Part shown: positions 1-8,690 of the stretch, piece after piece
Position numbering within the stretch: the stretch's first letter is position 1
Layout of the letters: the number at the start of each line of letters is the position of its first letter
Assembly (NCBI RefSeq): GCF_900015215.1
Contig: NZ_LN555523.1
Coordinates: 2,336,369 to 2,368,368, forward strand
DNA: 32,000 nt
Reading direction: 5' to 3'
From: Romboutsia ilealis
Lineage (GTDB): Bacteria; Bacillota; Clostridia; Peptostreptococcales; Peptostreptococcaceae
Notes under the pieces: model-generated
What the model was told of the DNA's origin: nothing
The model's input: only the letters and a program-made list of their open reading frames with translations
Database searches by the model: none
Made by a program: the position numbers and the translations under genes

Positions 1-971
1 AATAGAGCATATAATGATACAGATTTACCTTGTTTTATTAATTCTCTTAAATTAACTCTAAGTCCTATTGCACCTAATGCTATTATTTCAAGTTTATTAC
101 TTATAGCCTTAAATAAACTTGATACCTCTGGAGAGATTATATTTACTGTAAATAATGCACATGTTATAAAGAAACCTATAACATACCATGGTATTTTTAT
201 TTTACCTTTTTTAACATCTGATACTTCTTCTTCTATTATTTCATGGTTAGTTTTATGTTTTATATGACCAAGTGTAAATACTACTACAACTAATAGTATA
301 ACCCTTACTATTTTAAATATCATAGCCATTTCTTTAACATGCTCATTTACCATTTCTCCACTGGCAACAACTTGTCCTACTGATTGAAGTGTTCCACCTA
401 TCATAGCTGATGTTTTTACAACTTCATGGTTATATAACCGTCCACATAAAACAGGAAGTAAAAACATTAAAAATATACCAGTTATATTTACTATTGTGAT
501 AGTTATTCCTTTATCATCATCATTTGCATCTATAACTGGAGCTGTTGCAGCTATTGCAGATGAACCACATACTGCATTTCCACTTGCCATAAGCATTCTA
601 AAATTCTGACTAAAACCTAATTTTTTACCTATATACATTGTTCCAACTATAGTAATTGCCATTTGTATAACAACAAAAATTATTCCGCTAAATCCTAATT
701 CCATTAACTTTGTTACGCTTAAAGTACCTCCAAGCAATACTATTGAGTATGATAATAGATTAGTTTCAGAAAATTTATATCCACTTTGGAACACTTTTTG
801 TCCTAAGAATAAGTTCCCTACTAACATACCTAAAAATATTGCTATAGTTCCTGCCCCTAAACTCGGCATAAACTTTGCTAATCCCATACTAATTAAAGAT
901 ACTAATATAGCTACTATAAGTCCTGGTATTATATTTTTTATTTCACTTAATACTTTATTACTTTTACTCAT
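1..971 (-). CDS. YeiH/UPF0324-family integral membrane protein (putative sulfate-exporter-family transporter); 3' end cut by the window edge
   Basis: The minus-strand frame is open from ATG 971..969 (RBS GAGGAGAGG upstream) to position 1. My translation, MSKSNKVLSEIKNIIPGLIVAILVSL...MASGNAVCGSSAIAATAPV...GGTLQSVGQVVASGE, is multi-TM and YeiH-like. It is divergently paired with a LysR regulator, as in yeiE-yeiH. Confidence 0.75.
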   Translation of the reverse strand, partial: MSKSNKVLSEIKNIIPGLIVAILVSLISMGLAKFMPSLGAGTIAIFLGMLVGNLFLGQKVFQSGYKFSETNLLSYSIVLLGGTLSVTKLMELGFSGIIFVVIQMAITIVGTMYIGKKLGFSQNFRMLMASGNAVCGSSAIAATAPVIDANDDDKGITITIVNITGIFLMFLLPVLCGRLYNHEVVKTSAMIGGTLQSVGQVVASGEMVNEHVKEMAMIFKIVRVILLVVVVFTLGHIKHKTNHEIIEEEVSDVKKGKIKIPWYVIGFFITCALFTVNIISPEVSSLFKAISNKLEIIALGAIGLRVNLRELIKQGKSVSLYAL

Positions 972-1064
972 AAATTCTGCCTCTCCTCTAAAATGTTATT
1001 TTTATTTGTATTATGCCCATATTCAATTCAAATAAATATATTTTCCAAAACTAATCATCTATTA

Positions 1065-1088
1065 TTATATAAGCTTAATTTATATAAG
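1065..1088. promoter_or_regulatory. Candidate LysR-type operator in the divergent promoter region
   Basis: A 9-bp direct repeat TTATATAAG lies at 1065-1073 and 1080-1088, flanking AAGCTT. The span ATA-N9-TAT (1069-1083) has the T-N11-A architecture typical of LTTR sites. The information content is low in AT-rich DNA. Confidence 0.25.
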
Positions 1089-1181
1089 TAAAATAAATAA
1101 AATATATAATATGTATTAATATTTTTAATTATTATGTGTATAATATATATAATAATTATATCAACTTTAGGAGGTATTGTA

Positions 1182-2075
1182 TTGTTTGAAGAATTGAAAA
1201 CTTTTATCGCTGTAGTAGAACATAAAAACTTTACAAAAGCCGGTGAATATTTAAATTTATCTCAACCAAGTGTCAGCACACATATAAAAAATTTAGAAAG
1301 TTATTATGGCGTTACTTTAATTAATAGATCTATAAAACATAAATCAATTGTTATAACTGAAAACGGCTATAAACTTTATAACAGGGCAAAAGAAATTCTA
1401 CATATTTTAGATACTACATATATGGAAGTTAGAGATATTTCAGACTCGATCAAAGGAATTATAAAGATTGGTGCTAGTTTAACTATTGGGGAGTATATTT
1501 TACCTAAATTTCTTACTATTTTTCGTGAAAAATATCCAGATATAGAGGTTGATCTACTTATCGAAAATACCACTATAATTGCTGAAAATTTAAAGGATTT
1601 AACTTTAGATATCGGATTTATAGAAGGAATATCTTCATACCCTAATTTGAATCAAGAATATTTATCAGAAGATAAAATGGTTTTAGCAGTTCCTTATGAT
1701 TCCCGCTGGATCAATAATAAATTTAACTTCGATTTATTACAAAATCAAAATTGGGTAGCTCGAGAAGAAGGGTCCGGTACTAGAGAATATTTAAATCTAT
1801 ATTTGAACTCAAATAAAATAATCGCAAAAAATTTAATGATTTTAGGTAGTAATTATGCAGTTAAAGAAGCTGTTAGAAATGGACTTGGAGTAACTATAAT
1901 CTCTAATTTTGTAGCTGACCCAGCAGCTAAAAATAAAGAGTTAATCACCATAGAATTGGACAAATTTTACAATCGTAGTTTTTCTTATATTTTACCTAAA
2001 AATATGAATATTACAAAAGCTACTGAGGTATTTTTAGAAGAATTTAAAAATTACTTATTAACTATTACTAAGTAA
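1182..2075 (+). CDS. LysR-family transcriptional regulator
   Basis: Track ORF 1134..2075 has an N-terminal wHTH (FEELKTFIAVVEHKNFTKAGEYLNLSQPSVSTHIKNLE) and a LysR substrate-binding domain. The likely true start is TTG 1182, 7 nt after RBS TAGGAGG (1168-1174). Confidence 0.9.
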   Translation: MFEELKTFIAVVEHKNFTKAGEYLNLSQPSVSTHIKNLESYYGVTLINRSIKHKSIVITENGYKLYNRAKEILHILDTTYMEVRDISDSIKGIIKIGASLTIGEYILPKFLTIFREKYPDIEVDLLIENTTIIAENLKDLTLDIGFIEGISSYPNLNQEYLSEDKMVLAVPYDSRWINNKFNFDLLQNQNWVAREEGSGTREYLNLYLNSNKIIAKNLMILGSNYAVKEAVRNGLGVTIISNFVADPAAKNKELITIELDKFYNRSFSYILPKNMNITKATEVFLEEFKNYLLTITK

Positions 2076-2134
2076 TTTTATTAATTATACAAGTATATTT
2101 TTATAATTAAACTATATTATTCTTTAATAAATAT

Positions 2135-2160
2135 AAGGACTTAGCAATTCCTAAGTCCTT
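2135..2160. terminator. Bidirectional hairpin terminator between the LysR gene and pyrE
   Basis: AAGGACTTAG (2135-2144) pairs perfectly with CTAAGTCCTT (2151-2160) around a 6-nt loop. It sits between two convergent stop codons. Confidence 0.7.
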
Positions 2161-2178
2161 ATATCAATTTATATTTAA

Positions 2179-2763
2179 TTACATTCCTAGTTCTTTAAAC
2201 TCTCTACTTCCAGGTTTAACCAACTCTATTTTTCCTTCTTTACATAAAGGACACTCATCAGCATCATGAACTTGTATATCTAACTTTATTGCACTATATA
2301 TAGGCATACCTATATCTTTAGAAGTTCTATTTGCTATGCAAGCTACCCCTATAACTTCTCCACCTAATTTTTCTAAAGCCTCTTTAGTTTCTATCGTTGA
2401 TTTTCCAGTAGTAACAACATCTTCAGCTATTATTATTTTGGCTCCAGGACTAACCTCAAATCCTCTTCTAAGCTCCATTACTCCATCTTTTCTTTCAGTG
2501 AATACAGTCTCCTTATTTAATTGTCTTCCTAATTCATAAGAAACTATAACTCCACCCATTGCAGGTCCTACTACTAAATCTATATCTAAATCTTTTATTT
2601 GATCAACTACTGTACTTAATACCTGCTCTGCATATTTAGGAAATCTTAATACTTTAGCACATTGTACATATCTATTGCTGTGCTTTCCTGAAGATAATAG
2701 GAAATGACCTTCTAATAATGCATCACTTTTCTTTAATATTTCTACTACGTCTACTTTACTCAT
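2179..2763 (-). CDS. pyrE: Orotate phosphoribosyltransferase
   Basis: The ORF translation carries a PRTase motif ([13 protein letters not shown]) and is last in the pyr cluster. The preferred start is the second ATG (2763), preceded by GGGAGG; the track start is 2787. Confidence 0.9.
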   Translation of the reverse strand: MSKVDVVEILKKSDALLEGHFLLSSGKHSNRYVQCAKVLRFPKYAEQVLSTVVDQIKDLDIDLVVGPAMGGVIVSYELGRQLNKETVFTERKDGVMELRRGFEVSPGAKIIIAEDVVTTGKSTIETKEALEKLGGEVIGVACIANRTSKDIGMPIYSAIKLDIQVHDADECPLCKEGKIELVKPGSREFKELGM

Positions 2764-2804
2764 AACTATGTCCTCCCAAATTTTCATATGTTTATTTTAA
2801 ATTA

Positions 2805-3707
2805 TTATATTATTCCTCTAATTTCGTCTAAACTTTTTATTCCTTCTTTTTTCATAAATTCTTCTATTCCGTCTATTATTTCAATACCAATTTTAGGATT
2901 TATGAAATTTGCAGTTCCAACCTGGATACACGTTGCTCCAGCCATTATAAACTCTATGGCATCTTGAGCTGTAGTTATTCCACCCATTCCCATAACTGGT
3001 ATGCTTACATTTTTACATACCTCATGAACCATTCTAAGAGCTATTGGTTTTATGGCTGGACCAGATAAACCTGCATATATATTTTCAAATACTGGCTTTC
3101 TCTTATGTATATCTATAGCCATTGCTTTAAATGTATTCACTAAAGATATACCATCTGCACCTTCTTCTTCACAGACTTTAGCCATACCAACTATGTCTTC
3201 AGCATTAGGTGATAATTTAACTACAAGAGGTAAATCTGTAACTTTTCTAACTGCTCTTACTACTTCTCTTGCAACTTCATTTTTTATACCAAATGCCATT
3301 CCACCAGCTTTTACATTTGGACAAGATATGTTTAACTCTATCATATCTATAGATTGATTATTTAAAAGTTCAGCTCCCTTTACATAATCATCTAAAGTTC
3401 CTCCGCCTAAATTAGCTATCCTTACTAAGTTTAAACCTTTAAAAAACTTTAGTTCATTATCTATGAATCCTTGAACACTTGGATTTTCAAGTCCTACACT
3501 ATTCATCATTCCAGATGGAGTTTCCCATACTCTCATCCCTTTATTTCCATCTCTTTTTTCTAAAGTAAGACCTTTACTACTTATCCCTCCTAATTTTTGT
3601 ATGTCATAAATTTCATTATACTCTTTGCCGAATCCAAAGGTTCCTGAAGCCATAACAACTGGATTTTTAAAATCGATATTCCCGAATTTTACACCTAAAT
3701 TAGCCAT
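2805..3707 (-). CDS. pyrD: Dihydroorotate dehydrogenase B, catalytic subunit
   Basis: The 300-aa class-1B DHODH shows [20 protein letters not shown] and GGI motifs. Its start overlaps the pyrK stop by 8 nt, suggesting translational coupling. Confidence 0.93.
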   Translation of the reverse strand: MANLGVKFGNIDFKNPVVMASGTFGFGKEYNEIYDIQKLGGISSKGLTLEKRDGNKGMRVWETPSGMMNSVGLENPSVQGFIDNELKFFKGLNLVRIANLGGGTLDDYVKGAELLNNQSIDMIELNISCPNVKAGGMAFGIKNEVAREVVRAVRKVTDLPLVVKLSPNAEDIVGMAKVCEEEGADGISLVNTFKAMAIDIHKRKPVFENIYAGLSGPAIKPIALRMVHEVCKNVSIPVMGMGGITTAQDAIEFIMAGATCIQVGTANFINPKIGIEIIDGIEEFMKKEGIKSLDEIRGII

Positions 3708-4398
3708 TGAATATCACATCCTCTCCCCAAAATACCGGTCCATCTTTACACGTTTTCTTATTTCCAAACTGTGTTTTACAAGTACATACTAAACATGCTC
3801 CAACTCCACATGCCATATGATTTTCTAGAGACACCATTATCTTCGTATTAGTTCCTTCTGTCATCTTAACTAGCTTTTCCATCATAGGAGTCGGTCCACA
3901 AGCTAGTATATAATCATATTTTTCAATATCTAAAATATCCGTTACAAATTTATCCCCTATAGCTATATGCACTTCATTACAAACTTCTTTGTATTCTTCT
4001 TCTAGTATGGCTTCTTTTCTAAAACCTAAATACGCATCACAATTTTCTATATTCTTAGCAACTAAGTAAAGTGGTGCTACTCCGATTCCTCCACCTACTA
4101 AAGCCACCTTACCTTGAACCTTTTCATAACCATTTCCATATGGACCTTCTAACTTTATAGTTTCGCTTACTTTTACTTTGCTTAAGATTTGAGTTCCTTC
4201 TCCTACAACTTTATATAAAAAACTTATACTATTCTCGTCTATATCGTGTATACTTATAGGTCTTGAAAGAAGTGGAAATTTATCCCATGCTCTTAACATA
4301 TAAAATTGACCCATTTTTCCTTCAAACTTACCTTCAATTCTCAGAAGGTACATATCTTCCCCTACATATCTATTTTCAATTACTTTGTACATATTCAT
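3700..4398 (-). CDS. pyrK: Dihydroorotate dehydrogenase B, electron-transfer (FAD/[2Fe-2S]) subunit
   Basis: It has a ferredoxin-reductase-like fold and the C-terminal Cys cluster [11 protein letters not shown]. It lies directly upstream of pyrD. Confidence 0.88.
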   Translation of the reverse strand: MNMYKVIENRYVGEDMYLLRIEGKFEGKMGQFYMLRAWDKFPLLSRPISIHDIDENSISFLYKVVGEGTQILSKVKVSETIKLEGPYGNGYEKVQGKVALVGGGIGVAPLYLVAKNIENCDAYLGFRKEAILEEEYKEVCNEVHIAIGDKFVTDILDIEKYDYILACGPTPMMEKLVKMTEGTNTKIMVSLENHMACGVGACLVCTCKTQFGNKKTCKDGPVFWGEDVIFNG

Positions 4399-4430
4399 TC
4401 GCCCCTTGCCATCATATATTTTATCAAGAT

Positions 4431-5396
4431 TTATATATAGTCTATTGCTGCTTCTTCCAAAGAATTTTGAGATTCTTTTGCACCTAAAAGTTTCATTATT
4501 AAAGCCATTCTTACAAACATTCCATATTTAGCTTGCTTGAAGTATACTGCTCTTTCATCAAAATCAACCTCTGCATCTATTTCATTTACCCTTGGTAATG
4601 GATGCATAACAAGCATATCTTCTCTAGCATTTTGCATTTTCGACTTATTTAATATATAGTAATTCTTTAATTTTTCATATTGTTCTTGATTTTCAAATCT
4701 TTCTCTTTGAACTCTTGTCATATATAAAATATCTAGACTACCTATAACTTCGTCTAAATTATTTGTTTCGTAATATGCATGTCCTTGTTCTTGTATAGCC
4801 TCTTTTATATATTTTGGCATCTTTAATTCATCTGGAGATATAAATATAAACTTAGTTCCTTTATATCTAGACATAGCCTTTACTAAAGAATGTACAGTTC
4901 TTCCATTTTTTAAATCTCCACATAATCCTATTGTATGATTATCTAAACTTCCTTTTAGGGATTTTATAGTAAGTAGATCGGTAAGTGTTTGTGTTGGATG
5001 TTGGTTTCCTCCATCTCCTGCATTTATAAAAGGTATTTCTGTATATTTTGCTGCTTCCTCAGCTGAACCTGCTACTGGATGTCTCATTACTATTACATCT
5101 GCATAACATGATACTGTTCTTATAGTATCTCCTAATGATTCTCCCTTTGATACAGATGATGAATTAGGTTCTGAAAATCCTACAACGCTTCCTCCTAATC
5201 TATACATAGCTGATTCAAAGCTTAACCTTGTTCTTGTTGATGGCTCATAAAACAATGTAGCCAGTAATTTACCTTCACATACACGAGAATATTTTGATGG
5301 GTTCTCAATTATATTTTGAGACAGTGATAATATTTGATTTATTTCTTCAACAGAAAAGTCTTCTGATTGGATTAAATTTCTTCCTTTTAATAACAT
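4431..5396 (-). CDS. pyrB: Aspartate carbamoyltransferase catalytic subunit
   Basis: The ATCase motifs STRTR, HPTQ and HPLPR are present. RBS GGGAGG lies at 5404-5409. Confidence 0.93.
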   Translation of the reverse strand: MLLKGRNLIQSEDFSVEEINQILSLSQNIIENPSKYSRVCEGKLLATLFYEPSTRTRLSFESAMYRLGGSVVGFSEPNSSSVSKGESLGDTIRTVSCYADVIVMRHPVAGSAEEAAKYTEIPFINAGDGGNQHPTQTLTDLLTIKSLKGSLDNHTIGLCGDLKNGRTVHSLVKAMSRYKGTKFIFISPDELKMPKYIKEAIQEQGHAYYETNNLDEVIGSLDILYMTRVQRERFENQEQYEKLKNYYILNKSKMQNAREDMLVMHPLPRVNEIDAEVDFDERAVYFKQAKYGMFVRMALIMKLLGAKESQNSLEEAAIDYI

Positions 5397-5411
5397 ATTA
5401 TTTCCTCCCTT

Positions 5412-5431
5412 TTTAGCCTCTCTGGACTAAA
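5412..5431 (-). promoter_or_regulatory. PyrR-binding RNA hairpin in the pyrB leader
   Basis: The minus strand reads UUUAG-UCCAGAGAGG-CUAAA. The core AGUCCAGAGAGGCU (5428..5415) matches the PyrR box consensus ARUCCAGAGAGGYU exactly. The box ends 5 nt upstream of the pyrB SD. Confidence 0.8.
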
Positions 5432-5473
5432 TTTAAAAGTTTTTTTTATAATATAATTTTATATTCTGATAGT

Positions 5474-5502
5474 AGCTTAACACCTTTTTTTTACAAAGTC
5501 AA
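5474..5502 (-). promoter_or_regulatory. Candidate sigma-A promoter of the pyrB operon
   Basis: The minus strand reads TTGACT (5502..5497), a 17-nt spacer, then TAAGCT (5479..5474) with an upstream TG (extended -10). This would give a roughly 70-nt leader containing the PyrR box. Confidence 0.4.
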
Positions 5503-5649
5503 CATATTTTATGTTAATTTATTTAACTTAAAAATGCTTCTAGATTAAGATTTTAGATAAATATTCCTAGAAATATATTTATTAAATTATATCTATTAAC
5601 ATTTATATATCAATCCTTTATAAATATATATATTCTCTTATTTTCATAT

Positions 5650-5750
5650 AAAAAATTCGCTTCGCTTGAGCGACGTGTCGGCGAAACATTTCATGTCGCC
5701 AACGACTTCGTCCGTTGCTTGAGCCACTGCGTGGGCGAAATATTTCAAAA
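5650..5750 (-). other. Unassigned GC-rich tandem-hairpin element (candidate small RNA or repeat)
   Basis: Two imperfect roughly 45-nt direct repeats (5655-5698 and 5703-5750) share GCTTGAGC-N8/9-GGCGAAAYATTTCA on the plus strand. It is a GC island in AT-rich spacer. Minus-strand folding gives hairpins followed by a U6 run. See the findings. Confidence 0.35.
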
Positions 5751-5839
5751 TCTTTTTTACGTTCAAAACCAATTTGTTGATATTGCTTACATTCAGAATT
5801 TATCCACATTTTTTTAAGTATTAGAATATCCTTAAGCGT

Positions 5840-5868
5840 AAAAAAGCCACCTATAAAAATAGGTGGCT
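5840..5868 (-). terminator. Intrinsic terminator of the wall-hydrolase gene
   Basis: On the minus strand, AGCCACCTA-TTTTTA-TAGGTGGCT is followed by TTTTTT, beginning 12 nt after the stop codon. Confidence 0.85.
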
Positions 5869-5879
5869 ATAATATCATA

Positions 5880-6971
5880 TTATAAAACTCTCTTAGCTGT
5901 AACAAATCTTGAACTATAATAAGATGAGTTTATACTCGTTACACTAACTGTTTTTCCAGATGAAGGTGAATGTATCATATTTCCTCCACCTACATATATT
6001 CCAACATGGCTAACTCCTTTACCACTAGTATTGAAGAATACTAAATCTCCTGGTTGTAAGTTTGACTTACTTACAGTTGTTCCGTATCCTGACTGAGCAC
6101 TAGATGTTCTTGGTAAGCTTACTCCAGCTGCATTTCTAAATACATAATATGTAAATCCAGAACAGTCAAATGAGTTTGGCCCTTCTGCTCCCCAAACATA
6201 TGGAGATCCTATTTTAGAGTAAGCTAAATTTAAAACCGCTTGTACAGATGATGTACTTGATGCTGGTGGATTGTATGAACTATTGTTATTTTGTGCTGGT
6301 TTTTGAGTTTGTCCATTATTACTATTTGTAGAATTATTAGAACTTGATGAACTTGATGAATTCGATGAACTTGTTGAAGTTTGAGTTCTATTACTTTGAG
6401 TATTAGAAGTTTGAACTTCATTAACAACAACTGGTTCTTCTACTTCTATAACCGGAGCTTCTTCAGATACATAAAGTGATCTTATATATCCTTCATCTTC
6501 ACCTTTTTTAACCTTTAGCCAGTTTTCATTAACTTCTAATACCTTTACTGTAGAACCTATCTCTAACTCTTTTATTACTTCAGAGTCAGTATTAGATTCT
6601 GCTCTTAAGTTCACCTTTTCTCCTGTAACGTATCCAATTGATTCTTTTATATCTACGTATCTAGAAGCTAACCATCCTTCTCCATCTTCTAAAGAAACTT
6701 TAACCCATTCTCCTTGAGTTCCTATAACTTTAAATTCATCTCCTGTATAAGCAACAGTTTTAACATCTCCACTATTTCTTATCTTTACAGCAACTCCATC
6801 TTTAACAACTGCTGTTTTATATGTAGTTTCTTGGTATTCACCTAAATCTAAAGTTCTATCTGAATTTTTATCATTTTCGTTGTTATTTTCTACTTGATCT
6901 GCGTTTGCTACCGTATTCATTGATAATGCCATTACTGATGCAAACATTGGTACTAATATTTTTCTCTTCAT
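5880..6971 (-). CDS. Secreted cell-wall hydrolase: signal peptide, two SH3-like domains, Ser/Asn/Thr-rich linker, C-terminal NlpC/P60 endopeptidase
   Basis: It has an N-terminal signal peptide (MKRKILVPMFASVMALSMNTVANA). Repeated SH3b-like segments are present (GEWVKVSLEDGEGWLASRYV / ENWLKVKKGEDEGYIRSLYV). The NlpC/P60 catalytic region is GSPYVWGAEGPNSFDCSGFTYYVF...SHVGIYVGGGNMIHSP. RBS GGAGGGAG precedes the start. Confidence 0.9.
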   Translation of the reverse strand: MKRKILVPMFASVMALSMNTVANADQVENNNENDKNSDRTLDLGEYQETTYKTAVVKDGVAVKIRNSGDVKTVAYTGDEFKVIGTQGEWVKVSLEDGEGWLASRYVDIKESIGYVTGEKVNLRAESNTDSEVIKELEIGSTVKVLEVNENWLKVKKGEDEGYIRSLYVSEEAPVIEVEEPVVVNEVQTSNTQSNRTQTSTSSSNSSSSSSSNNSTNSNNGQTQKPAQNNNSSYNPPASSTSSVQAVLNLAYSKIGSPYVWGAEGPNSFDCSGFTYYVFRNAAGVSLPRTSSAQSGYGTTVSKSNLQPGDLVFFNTSGKGVSHVGIYVGGGNMIHSPSSGKTVSVTSINSSYYSSRFVTAKRVL

Positions 6972-7106
6972 AATATTTCTCCCTCCAAAAATTAACCATA
7001 AATATAAATAATCTCATTATGTGTTATTTTTATAGATGCTCTTATCATTTAGGATAAAATACTAATACACAAGATTTTTGTAAATTTTTTAATATGTAAT
7101 ATATTT

Positions 7107-7123
7107 TGTAACTGTTTTGTAAT
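7107..7123 (+). promoter_or_regulatory. Candidate WalR (YycF) binding site upstream of the NlpC/P60 hydrolase
   Basis: TGTAAC-TGTTT-TGTAAT matches the WalR consensus TGTWAH-N5-TGTWAH exactly. Extra half-sites are TGTAAT at 7095-7100 and TGTAAA at 7079-7084. The repeat lies about 140 bp upstream of the hydrolase ATG. Confidence 0.4.
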
Positions 7124-7529
7124 CTATTCTTTTAATTTGTATAGTATTCTTATATTAATAAATTAACTAAGTATTTTTTAATAATAATTTTAAATTTACA
7201 TCTTGTATAAATATAATATTCGTAATTAATTAAATTAATTATTTTATCCAATGTATCACCTAAAAATACATTCTTTAATAATTATTATATATCATTTATG
7301 CCTATAAGTAAAGATATTTATGGGTCTTGAGTCATTTAGTAACATAAATTCCACATTTATGTGTTTTTTATGTCTAAAATTAATTATTTTTTAAAATTAA
7401 AATTCATATTAATATTATAAATTATACAAAAGACGCCCTAACGATAATTTTTAAACGCTATTACTTATATCTTTTATAAGATTATTCATGTCCATAATTA
7501 TATATACATATTTTTAATCAATTATAAGC

Positions 7530-7563
7530 AAATAGCATCTTTCATTTAGAAAAGATGCTATTT
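7530..7563 (-). terminator. Hairpin downstream of the CapA-like gene
   Basis: AAATAGCATCTTT (7530-7542) pairs with AAAGATGCTATTT (7551-7563). It begins 36 nt after the stop codon. The U-tract is weak. Confidence 0.5.
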
Positions 7564-7598
7564 ATTAACAGAATTAGAACGGCAAAACAACCCTTCTT

Positions 7599-8690
7599 TT
7601 ATTTATTTAAATCTTCACTTATACCTTTTATTTTATTTAAAATTCTTTCACCTTCTGATCCTTGCAAAATAATTGGCTTATAATCATTTCTAGATTTTGT
7701 TGACGATATAGAACAAGGTATAACATTGGGAATATCTATACTTACTAATTTATTATTTTCAAAGTTGAATGTTTGTTGATATATCATAGAGTCCTTATCT
7801 CTTGGGTTTTTATTTCCACCAAAGCAAAAATTTCCTAGACTATATGCTATATATTTTCCCTTATATTCTTCAATACCCTGCAATACATGAGGATGTGAAC
7901 CTACAACTAAATCGCTACCATAATCTATCGCATCATACGCAAAATCTTTTTGAGTTTGATTTGGAGTATATGATTTTTCTATTCCCCAATGAAAGTATAC
8001 AGCTACCATATCTGCTTCTTTTTTCATTGATTCTATATCACTTTTCATAGCCCCTAAATTCTCTTTAGTATAATTTTCCAACCAACCATTATACCCTAAA
8101 AGTCCCACCTTAATTCCATTCGTTTCTATTATAGCTTTTTCTCCTAATCCAAAATATTTTATATTATTCTCATCTAATATAAATTTTGTATCCTCAATTC
8201 CTTCTTCAAAATAATCATCAGAGTGATTGTTAGCAAGAGTTACCGCTTCTATATTTCCACTCTTTAGTATGTTTACATAAGATGGATCACCTTTAAATGC
8301 AAATTTTTTCACTTTAGCATTTTGTGCAGTTGTTAGAGGCCCTTCTAAATTTACCACACTCAAATCATCATTAATAAATATATCTTTCACATTTTCAAAA
8401 AAGTAGTCAAAATCTCCATCCCTATTTTGGAATTCATTATCAAAAGTTCCATAGTATGAAGAACCTTTATAGTTACCCATTGTAACATCACCTGCAAAGC
8501 TTATAGTTATACTTTTTTTCTCCACAGTCTTTTCAATGTCTTGATTTACTTTTTCTATATTAGAATCTAATTCTACATGATCTTTTATTATATTGAAAAT
8601 TTTACCTAATGATGTAAATAATAAAATTAATATAATTACTAATATGCTAGCAACTAAAAAAACCCTTTTTCTATTATATTTTCTTCTCAT
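7599..8690 (-). CDS. CapA-family (PGA_cap metallophosphoesterase-like) membrane-anchored protein
   Basis: It has an N-terminal TM anchor. CapA-type motifs are present (SFAGDVTMG, NLEGPLT, LANNHSDDY, GSHPHVLQG). RBS GGGGGGAG precedes the start. Confidence 0.8.
   Translation of the reverse strand: MRRKYNRKRVFLVASILVIILILLFTSLGKIFNIIKDHVELDSNIEKVNQDIEKTVEKKSITISFAGDVTMGNYKGSSYYGTFDNEFQNRDGDFDYFFENVKDIFINDDLSVVNLEGPLTTAQNAKVKKFAFKGDPSYVNILKSGNIEAVTLANNHSDDYFEEGIEDTKFILDENNIKYFGLGEKAIIETNGIKVGLLGYNGWLENYTKENLGAMKSDIESMKKEADMVAVYFHWGIEKSYTPNQTQKDFAYDAIDYGSDLVVGSHPHVLQGIEEYKGKYIAYSLGNFCFGGNKNPRDKDSMIYQQTFNFENNKLVSIDIPNVIPCSISSTKSRNDYKPIILQGSEGERILNKIKGISEDLNK

Noticed and set aside
5650-5750. Guanidine-II (mini-ykkC), NAD+ (nadA) or another tandem-hairpin riboswitch as the identity of the GC-rich element.
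   Set aside because: The loops are not ACGR tetraloops and none of the conserved cores I can recall are present. The element also lies upstream of the predicted pyrB promoter rather than in a 5' leader.
5618-5809. A 63-aa minus-strand ORF (MWINSECKQYQQ...) covering the GC-rich tandem element.
   Set aside because: It has no RBS and an Arg-rich, low-plausibility composition. It is open only because the GC-rich repeat lacks stop codons. The repeat and hairpin structure explains the region better.
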